Positions 54,901 through 64,000 of a stretch of 64,000 bases of DNA are shown here, piece after piece (the first letter of the stretch is position 1; each line of letters starts with the position of its first letter). The notes beneath the pieces were generated by a model. It ran no database searches, was not told the DNA's origin, and saw only the letters and a program-made list of their open reading frames with translations. Both the position numbers and the translations under genes were made by a program. The DNA comes from Eledone cirrhosa. Lineage: Eukaryota. The stretch spans positions 395,126,001-395,190,000 of the forward strand of contig OZ024740.1 in the NCBI GenBank assembly GCA_964016885.1. The letters are read 5' to 3'.

Positions 54901-57720
54901 CCTCATCACCATATCATCCCCATCCCCATATCATAGTCATATCATCCTCATCCCCATATCATAGTCATATCTTCCTCATCCCCATATCAGAGTCATATCA
55001 TCCTCATCACCATATCATCCCCATCCCCATATCATAGTCATATCATCCTCATCCCCATATCATAGTCATATCTTCCTTATCCCCATATCATAGTCATATC
55101 ATCCTTATCACCATATCATAGTCATATCATCCCCATCACTATACCATAGTCATATCATCCTCATCACCATACCATAGTCATATCAGCCTCATCACTATAC
55201 CATCGTCATATCATCCTCATCACTATATCATAGTCATATCATCATCATCAGCATATCATAGTCATATCATCCTCATCACCATATCATAGTCATATCATCC
55301 TCATCACTATACCATAGTCTTATCATCCTCATCCCCATATCAGAGTCATATCATCCTCATCACCATATCATCCCCATCCCCATATCATAGTCATATCATC
55401 CTCATCACCATGTCATAGTCATATCATCCTCATCAGCATATCATAGTCATATCAGCCTCATCACCATATCATAGTCATATCATCCTCATCACCATATCAT
55501 AGTCATATCATCCTCATCACTATACCATAGTCATATCATCCTCATCACCATATCATAGTCATATCATCCTCAACCCCATATCAGAGTCATATCATCCTCA
55601 TCACCATATCATAGTCATATCATCCTTATCACTATATCGTAGTCATATCATCCCCATCACCATATCATAATCATATCATCGTCATCACCATATCAGAGTC
55701 ATATCATCCTCATCACCATACCATAGTCATATCTTCCTCATCACCATATCAGAGTCATATCATCCTCATCACCATATCATAGTCATATCATCCTCAACCC
55801 CATATCAGAGTCATATCATCCTCATCACCATATCATAGTCATATAATCCTCAACCCCATATCATAGTCATATCATCCTCATCACCATATCATAGTCATAT
55901 CATCCTCAACCCCATATCACAGTCATATCATCCTCATCACCATATCATAGTCATATCATCCTCAACCCCATATCAGAGTCATATCATCCTCATCCCCATA
56001 TCATAGTCATATCATCCTCTTCACCATATCATAGTCATATCATCCTCATCAGCATATCATAGTCATATCATCCCCATCACCATATCAGAGTCATATCATC
56101 CTCAACCCCATATCATAGTCATATCATCCTCATCACCATATCATAGTCATATCATCCTCAACCCCATATCAGAGTCATATCATCCTCATCACCATACCAT
56201 AGTCATATCATCCTCATCCCCATATCATAGTCATATCATCCTCAACCCCATATCAGAGTCATATCATCCTCATCACTGTACCATAGTCATATCATCCTCA
56301 TCACCATATCATAGTCATATCATCCTCATCAGCATATCATAGTCATATCATCCCCATCACCATATCAGTGTCATATCATCCCCATCACCTTATCAGAGTC
56401 ATATCATCCTCATCACTATACCATAGTCCTATCATCCTCATCACCATATCATAGTCATATCATCCTCCTCACCATACCATAGTCATATCATCCTCATCAC
56501 TATACCATAGTCCTATCATCCTCATCACCATACCATAGTCATATCATCCTCATCACTATACCATAGTCATATCATCCTCATCACCATACCATATTCATAT
56601 CATCCTCATCCCCATATCATAGTCATATCATCCTCAACCCCATACCATAGTCATATTATCCTCATCACTATACCATAGTCATATCAGCCTCATCACTATA
56701 CCATCGTCATATCATCCTCATCACTATACCATAGTCATATCATCCTCATCAGCATATCATAGTCATATCATCCTCATCACCATATCATAGTCATATCATC
56801 CTCATCACCATATCAGAGTCATATCATCCTCATCACCATACCATAGTCATATCATCCTCATCACTATACCATAGTCATATCATCCTCATCCCCATATCAG
56901 AGTCATATCATCCTCATCCCCATATCATAGTCATATCATCCTCATCACCATATCAGAGTCATATCATCCTCATCACCATATCATAGTCATATCATCCCCA
57001 TCACCATATCATAGTCATATCAAGCTCAACCCCATATCATAGTCATATCATCCTCAACCCCATACCATAGTCATATCATCCTCAACCCCATACCATAGTC
57101 ATATCATCCCCTTCACTATACCATAGTCATATCATCCTCATCACCATATCAGAGTCATATCATCCTCATCACTATATCATAGTCATATCATCCTCATCAC
57201 CATATCATAGTCATATCATCCTCATCACTATACCATAGTCATATCATCCTCATCACTATACCATAGTCATATCATCCTCATCCCCATACTATAGTCATAT
57301 CATCCTCATCACTATACCATAGTCATATCAGCCTCATCACTATACCATAGTCATATCATCCTCATCACTATACCATAGTCATATCATCCTCATCACTATA
57401 CCATAGTCATATCATCCTCATCACCATATCATAGTCATATCATCTTCATCACTATACCATAGTCATATCATCTTCATCACTATACCATAGTCATATCATC
57501 CTCATCACTATACCATAGTCATATCATCCTCATCACCATATCATAGTCATATCATCCTCATCACTATACCATAGTCATATCAGCCTCATCACCATACCAT
57601 AGTCATATCATCCTCATCACTATACCATAGTCATATCATCCTCATCACTATACCATAGTCATATCATCCTCATCCCCATATCATAGTCATATCATCCTCA
57701 TCACCATATCATAGTCATCA
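24990..57720. repeat. ~32.7-kb minisatellite array, 28-bp consensus CATATCATCCTCATCACCATATCATAGT (~1,160 units)
   Basis: Continuous head-to-tail units with recurrent variants (CCATAC/CTATAC, CAGAGT, CAACCCC, CAGC), occasional 25/26-bp units, no ORFs in the track, grading into (CAT)n at both ends. Confidence 0.98.
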
Positions 57721-57945
57721 TCATTATCATCAATCACATTATCGTTATCATAGACATCTTCATTGTCATCATCATCATCATCATCATCATCAGCACCAAT
57801 ACCCCTTAACACTATCATAAGAGAGTAAGATAAAATAACTTAAAGTTCAAACAAATACAAATGCAAACAGAAATCCACCATTCCACCAACTGTACGGGGA
57901 GGAGGAGGGGGAGGGGAGGAGGAGGATGAAGGAGGAGGAGGAGGA
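57720..57945. repeat. (CAT)n and (GGA)n microsatellites
   Basis: Direct reading. Confidence 0.85.
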
Positions 57946-58322
57946 ACTATCCAGTGATGCTATTAAATCACAGCACAGGATGGTTTCTGAGCAAAATGTT
58001 CTATGGAGTGTGAGAATAATAACCAGCATGTTTCATTGAATGCCATGTTTCAGTGGTCTTTATTGAGAAAAATCCATAACCCATAACAGAACAGATATAC
58101 ACATATTTGTGTGTATATATATATATATTGTGTGTGTGTGTGTGTGTATGCCTGTCTTTATGTATATGTTGATATGTGCATGCATAGGATATTTATTGTG
58201 AATGTATGTCTCATTTGATGTATAGAAAATATGTGTCTATTAGTATGTATATGTATCCATGGGTATATGCATTTGGAAGTGTCTTTATGTGTGTGTTATT
58301 GCATGTATGTCTGTCCTCTCCT

Positions 58323-58385
<63 letters not shown>

Positions 58386-58388
58386 CTC
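58323..58388. repeat. (CT)n/(TATC)n microsatellite
   Basis: Direct reading. Confidence 0.95.
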
Positions 58389-58559
58389 ACTGAACCCCTC
58401 TCAGTTTTCGACCTTACCATATCTCTCGCTAGTTATCTTTCTCTCATTTCTTCCTTTCTCATTCTATATTCCTCTCTTTTCTTTGTGCCTTCTCTGATTA
58501 CATGTACAAATACACATATAATTACTAAGTTAGTATATATACATATACAAATGCAGATA

Positions 58560-58745
58560 TCACTGTATGGTTAAGATGTTTGCTTTGCAACTAAATGATT
58601 TGAAGTCCAGTCCCACTGTTTGGCAACTTGGACAAGTGTTTTCTAATATAGTTCTACGCTGATCAAAACCTTCTGAGTAAAATTTAGTAGATAGAAACTC
58701 TGCTGAAGCTTATCATATATAGGTATGTGAGTATATGTATGTGTG
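58560..58745 (+). mobile_element. Decayed tRNA-derived SINE with CORE-like segment
   Basis: TGGTTAAGATGTTTGCTT...AGTCCCACTG...ACTTGGACAAGTGTTTTCT...TTTAGTAGATAGAAACT, then a TA/TG tail; a weaker copy lies at ~20325-20450. Confidence 0.65.
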
Positions 58746-59499
58746 TAAAGTCACATAACTTCAGGCCTTTGCTTCACAAGACAGTACATTGTATCCGTGA
58801 GCATTCCTCCAGTCAAATCAGCAAGTAAAAATGAGTATCACTCTTTGGTTTTTCTTTGATCGACATTAGTGGCATTGAAAGAGTTTTCCCATACATAAAT
58901 TACTGTCAAAAGACTAAATGTCTTCATTTTGTTGTATATGTTTGCTATTCATTTCTAAACTGTATTCATCATATTTAAGAAAAGTCATGCATGTTAAACT
59001 GCTTAGAATTTTAGAGCCATTTAGACTCAACAAAGTCCATTGTTCTAATGGACATGGAAAATAAAGGAGCACTGATAAATCTAACTTTATTGTTGTTCTC
59101 TGGAATTTCCTTTCTTTTTTTTTAATGACACATGATGTCTGATAGTCAACAAATATACATTGAACAATTATGACATATATATATATATGTGAGTGTATAT
59201 GTATTAATTTTGTTCAACAACATATCTTTCATACACAGAGCCTTGTTAATAATGGGGTATAAGAAATACTTTCACAGGGCTCACTGCATGGAGGTGCAGT
59301 TGGTTTGGTCCCCTTAAGTGATATTTCTTACATGTAATAAAAAAAATTATTTCTCTCTATAAAAGAAAAGAATGACATACAACCTAGAAGCCAAATAGAG
59401 GCTTAAATAAAAAGAAAACAAAAAATAGAATTAAAGAAAAATAAATACTAAAATAAAACATAATTAAAAACTTCTCCATAGTCAATATCTCGCAATACT

Positions 59500-59760
59500 G
59501 GAGTGAAAGTAAGTGAACCAATATCAAAGCCAAGAATGGCTCAAAATCACTGGACTAAAAGCAGAAATGGAAAGTCTTATTTTAGATACACAAGATCAAT
59601 GGCTAACAACAAAAACAATATAGTAAGAAAAGCTATTAAACATGTGGCTAACATCATCTGAAGACAATACAATCAACATACAGAAACAATGAACCACTTC
59701 ATTTCCGACTGTTTTGCCATTTCAAAGACAAATTATAGAGACAGACATAATCTGGTAGCA
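59500..59760 (+). pseudogene. R4/Dong-like non-LTR retrotransposon fragment (zinc-knuckle region upstream of the RLE)
   Basis: WLKITGLKAEMESLILDTQDQWLTTK from 59537, then TETMNHFISDCFAISKTNYRDRHNLVA, matching ET..H..S.C......Y..RH. Confidence 0.8.
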
Positions 59761-59861
59761 CTCTCTCTCTCCATATATATATATATATATATATTGAACT
59801 CTCAATAAATTTCTACTTCTGACCAATTCTTCCTGTCTAGTTATTCTTGTTTTTCCTGGTA

Positions 59862-59906
<45 letters not shown>

Positions 59907-60052
59907 ATACTTTGGGAGGGTCATGTTGCCAATAAGAAACACACGCACCAGCTGCTTTCACTTCAATTTATTATAATAAATTTATAAATTTAGGAATTTA
60001 TAAATTTCCGGTTGGTTGGTTGGTTCCACAACCAGATGGTTGTTTATATATT

Positions 60053-60095
60053 GTCAAAGTTCTTTCGTCACACATTCTGTGACCTCTTCAGTGAC
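60053..60095 (-). ncRNA. Minimal type I hammerhead ribozyme in the 3' pseudo-LTR
   Basis: GTCA-CTGAAGA-G-GTCACA-GAATG-TGTGAC-GAAA-GAAC-TT-TGAC: stem I GTCA/TGAC, stem II GTCACA/TGTGAC, very short stem III. Confidence 0.7.
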
Positions 60096-60295
60096 TGGGG
60101 ATTCTTTTCTTTGTTTTTGTGCCTCTCCTTTGTTCTGTCCTACGCCATCTTGTTTTTGTGTGTGTGTTGTGTGCTTTAGTTTGCACATGTGTTACATCCG
60201 GGTGTCTGTGTGTTTATATTCGTTTATTTATTTGTTTATTTACATGTTACTGGTTGGTTGTTTGTTCTATGTGCGTGTGTGTTTTCATTTTGTCC

Positions 60296-62576
60296 TTAAT
60301 TGTAAGTTGTGATGTTGCTGTTCCACTCATGTTTTCTATTTAATTTTGGTTGGAGTTCATTTGTGTTTATTGCCTCTGTGATTTGTCTAAACATTGCGTC
60401 TTTTCTGTGTGTAGATTCTATTTTTATTTCTATGTTCTCTAATTTACCCTTATGTTCTATTTTAGCATGTTGGTAGAGTACAGATGATTCTTTACTATCT
60501 TGAAGGTCTCGCCAGTGTTCATTTATCCGTTCCCCTATACTACGAGCTGTCTCACCTATGTACACTATATTTTTATCTCTACATTGTCCTTCAGTACATC
60601 TTATGCTATATACTACATTTCTAGTTTTACAGTTAATATGGGGGCTTAATTTACAGGTTATACATTTCTTATCTATACAGGGGGGTCTTTGAAAAGGGTA
60701 TGTCTCTTGCTAATAAGTGTTTTTATGGAGGTACCTGGTCTTTCTACTATCTTAATATTGAGTTTATGTTTATCTAGGGCCCTTCTAAATTTGTAAGCTA
60801 ATTCACCTCTAGGGGTTGTATCGATGAACATTACACTCTGGTATTTATTGCTATAATACCATGAGTTTATTCTATTAGCCTTATTCCTAGTTCTTTCTAT
60901 TCTATTCCAAAATTTGCTCCTATACAAGGGGCAGGTCCCATTTGTGTCATTATTTACCATTTTTTCCCATTTGGTTCTGGCTCCTCTATACACTCTGATT
61001 TTATCTCTCTGATTGTAACCAGAAAACTGCATACGGTGGATGAAGTGTTGTATGTGTCTCTCTAGTTCTTCGGGGTTGCACATGTGGGACACGATTCTCA
61101 TCACCCGTACCAAATCCGCAATCAGTATGTTGATTTTCGTATGGTCCGAAACAGCTGAGTTTCGGTGGATCAGATATTTGGAAGTCATGGGTTTGGCATA
61201 ATGGGAATGGAGGATTTGTTTTTTGTTATTAATGGTATCTAACCAGAGCTCTGTTTCTAGTACAGGTAATCGATGGTTGGGGTGTTTGCTTGTGTTGTCT
61301 ATAGTAACCTAATACTCTGTTGGATGGAGTTAGCTATTTGCTGGATACTTTCCATTGTGTTTTTCTCTAATTCCTGACTGTTCTCTAGTGGGGGTGTTTT
61401 AACTACGATGTTTATATCATCAATGTAGCGGGAGTACATTATCAGGGTTAAGGGGTCTTCTAATTGTTCTTTAAGTTTAAGTTTAAGTCTACTGTCCCAC
61501 CATACCATGAATAGGTTAGCTATGTCGCCTGCAATGCTAACACCAATGGCTGCTCCCTCCTCTTGGGCATATGTTTTTCCATTAAATTTGAACATATGTT
61601 CCTTAAGGGTTAATTTTATGCTGGCCCCCACCGCATGTGCAATCATTTTCTTTAGTTCATCGTGGTTTTCGGGGGTCCGTATGGCTCTGGTTCACCCGTT
61701 CCATCTATCTGTGTGGGTTTTCTTGGCCATTGAGGTAATGGTAGGTGGTCTGCCTCTTGCTGGTCTTGTAGGGCACAGGTTGCTAAGGTCATATGTATCT
61801 AGATAATTATTACTATAGGTAAGTTTAAGTAGGAGTCCCAGCTCACTGGTATCAATCCCACGGAATTCAACATTGCTCTCACTGATCATTTCTACGCATT
61901 TCTCCACAGCAAAATCCACGTCAATAGATGGATACAGGGACACAACATCCATACTACCTATTATGCAGTTTGTTACGTCCCTAGATCGGTTACTCTCGCC
62001 GATTCTGCTGAGGAGGTCTTCCGTGCTGTCACATACATCTGGGGACATTTCAATGATGGGGCGTATGATCAGGGAGAGGAAGTAGGACAGTCTGTAGTTA
62101 CTAGCAATGTTAGCTCCACAGACTGGCTGTGTTGGTAGTCCTGTGACAGGGTCATTGCTCGTTTTATGGTCTTTTCGAAGCCCATACAACGCTGGCACAT
62201 CATTGTTCCAGGCCTGGAAGTTGTTGGCAGTCCTTTTGTTGGGCTGCATTATATTTGTCCACATCATCATATGGGCATTGAGGGCTTTTTCTCCATCCTC
62301 CTGCTCTTGTGTTGTTACTTCTCTTGTGTTAGTGATGTGGGGTTGCATTACCTGGATGTAGTTTGGCAGACTGTCAACCGACATTCTGCCAGACTTATCT
62401 GTTGGAAAGCATGCTATCTCTCCATTACGCGAGCGCTGCATGAGCTTACGCAAGCCATTTGCAGATTTTTCTCCCAGTTGCTGGGCCTCCATTCTATTAT
62501 GCTTCTTGCTATACTGTTCTATAATATTTCTAAGTTTAGATCTAGCTATACTAAATTGTGCTTCTGTTTGTTCATC
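60296..62576 (-). pseudogene. Penelope-type RT + Cys-rich linker + GIY-YIG endonuclease ORF, disrupted
   Basis: PTDKSG, ALYGLRKDHK, GSMDVVSLYPSI, YAQEEGAAIG, YSRYIDD; linker CIDKKCITCKLSPHINCKTRNVVYSIRC...C; YIGETARSIGERINEH...SVLYQHAKIEH. In-frame TGA at 61692-61694 and frameshifts near 61308 and 60705. Confidence 0.92.
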
Positions 62577-62823
62577 AATAGAAAACATGAGTGGAACAGC
62601 AACATCACAACTTACAATTAAGGACAAAATGAAAACACACACGCACATAGAACAAAAAACCAACCAGTAACATGTAAATAAATAAATAAATAAACGAATA
62701 TAAACGCACACAGACACCCGGATGTAACACATGCGCAAACTAAGCACACAACACACACACAAAAACAAGATGGCGTAGGACAGAACAAAGGAGAGGCACA
62801 AAAAACAAAGAAAAGAATCCCCA

Positions 62824-62866
62824 GTCACTGAAGAGGTCACAGAATGTGTGACGAAAGAACTTTGAC
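62824..62866 (+). ncRNA. Minimal type I hammerhead ribozyme in the inverted pseudo-LTR
   Basis: Same motif as 60053-60095 on the opposite strand. Confidence 0.7.
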
Positions 62867-63074
62867 AATATATAAACAACCATCTGGTTGTGGAACCAAC
62901 CAACCAACCGGAAATTTATAAATTCCTAAATTTATAAATTTATTATAATAAATTGAAGTGAAAGCATTTGGTGCATGTGTTTCTTATTAGCAACATGACC
63001 CTCCCAAAGTATAACAATATCGGTTTCAACACACGTTTTTAGATAAAGAATCCTGCTAAATAAATTCAGAAACG

Positions 63075-63077
<3 letters not shown>

Positions 63078-63131
<54 letters not shown>
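63078..63131. repeat. (TA)n microsatellite
   Basis: Direct reading. Confidence 0.97.
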
Positions 63132-63134
<3 letters not shown>

Positions 63135-64000
63135 TCATCATCATCATCATCATCTTCGTTTAACGTCCATTTTCCACACTAGCATGGGTTAGACGGGAGT
63201 TGTTCCACTTGAGGCAAGGCTGGTTGTGTGACCGTGTCTCGCTCATATAGGACTATCTGGCAGGTGTTCTATGGCTGGATGCCCTTCCTAACACCAACCA
63301 CATTTACAGTGTGGAACTGGGAACTTTTTACCATGTTACCTACACGGCCACATTACAGCGTGGACTGCGTGTTTTTTTTTTGTTGTGACACCTACACGAA
63401 CTCGATCTCATTTTCTCGTGCTGTTGGTGGGAATGGGAGGATAGGGTAGGGGTAGTAGATTGGGGTGCATATTTGGTTAAGAGGTGCCTACTGACTGTAG
63501 GTTTCGCTTTGTACATAGGCAAGGCGGGTCTTCTGTATTACTGCATAGCGCCAAAGATCTTGGTCCAGAGACATTGTCTTGGAGAGATGTAAGTGTGTGA
63601 GGTCGGAATTTATCAGATCATCCCAGGTTTTTCTGGGTCTACCTACTCCGTAACTACCATCAATTTTGATCGCCCTGTACTTTTTTATGCAGCTGTCGTC
63701 TTTCATGCACATCACGTGACCATACCAACGTAGTCTTCTCTCAAGTAAACAGCATCTGATCCCTCTTATTCCTAATTTCTCACTTAGTCATTTATGTTTT
63801 GCCGTTCACGTATATTACTATTACACATCCAACGGATCATGCATGCTTCGTTCCTTTCCAGTCTACGCAGGTCCTCTGCACGTAATGCCCATGTCTCACT
63901 GCCATGTAGCATTGCTGTTCGTATAGAGGCATCATACAATCTGCCTTTCATTTTTAGAGAGAAACCTTTTGTGGCCAACAGCGGTATAAGCTCTCTGAAC
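63132..64000 (-). mobile_element. RTE LINE 3' portion with (CAT)n tail, running off the right edge
   Basis: KGRLYDASIRTAMLHGSETWAL...RLERNEACMIRWMC; RLRWYGHVM; GRPRKTWDDLINSDL; internal stop present; same family as 16705-17345. Confidence 0.92.

Larger units (their letters stand above)
59899..63077 (-). mobile_element. 5'-truncated Penelope-like retroelement (Neptune-like) with inverted pseudo-LTRs, inserted in (TA)n
   Basis: RT and C-terminal GIY-YIG coding remnants; ~442-bp inverted arms 59899-60340 and 62577-63020; 57-bp one-sided tail 63021-63077; (TA)n on both sides. Confidence 0.93.

Noticed and set aside
24990-57720. 28-bp repeat as a CRISPR array or a His-rich coding repeat
   Set aside because: No unique spacers, eukaryotic context; the unit is not a multiple of 3, stops recur in all frames, and the ORF track is empty here
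61692-61694. In-frame TGA in the Penelope RT as selenocysteine recoding, as in some Naiad elements
   Set aside because: The endonuclease is C-terminal (not Naiad), the context RWNG*TRA fits a TGG-to-TGA mutation, and two frameshifts show the copy is decayed
61692-62903. 403-aa ORF as a novel membrane-anchored RT
   Set aside because: Its hydrophobic first ~109 aa are the antisense of the inverted pLTR, read from a TTG start and fused by chance at the truncation junction

Overview
Eukaryotic, AT-rich, repeat-dominated animal DNA. The SINE/RTE/MITE families and microsatellite load resemble an octopod cephalopod genome; this is inferred, not verified. No intact host protein-coding gene is recognisable. 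About half of the window (~25.0-57.7 kb) is one 28-bp minisatellite with layered kb-scale internal duplications. The rest holds decayed LINE fragments (CR1-like, RTE/BovB-like, RTE with (CAT)n or (AAG)n tails, R4/Dong-like), tRNA-derived SINEs, a TTAA-flanked MITE and long (TA)n tracts. The best finds all sit in (TA)n tracts. (1) A 485-bp non-coding tandem repeat (463-1622) carries a complete type I hammerhead ribozyme on the minus strand of each full unit, and the array stops within 1 nt of the predicted self-cleavage site, so it looks retrozyme-like. (2) A 5'-truncated Neptune-like Penelope retroelement (59.9-63.1 kb) has inverted pseudo-LTRs, each with its own minimal hammerhead. (3) Several short asymmetric palindromes show the same architecture. 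Together these suggest a family of (TA)n-targeting, ribozyme-bearing retroelements with non-autonomous partners.
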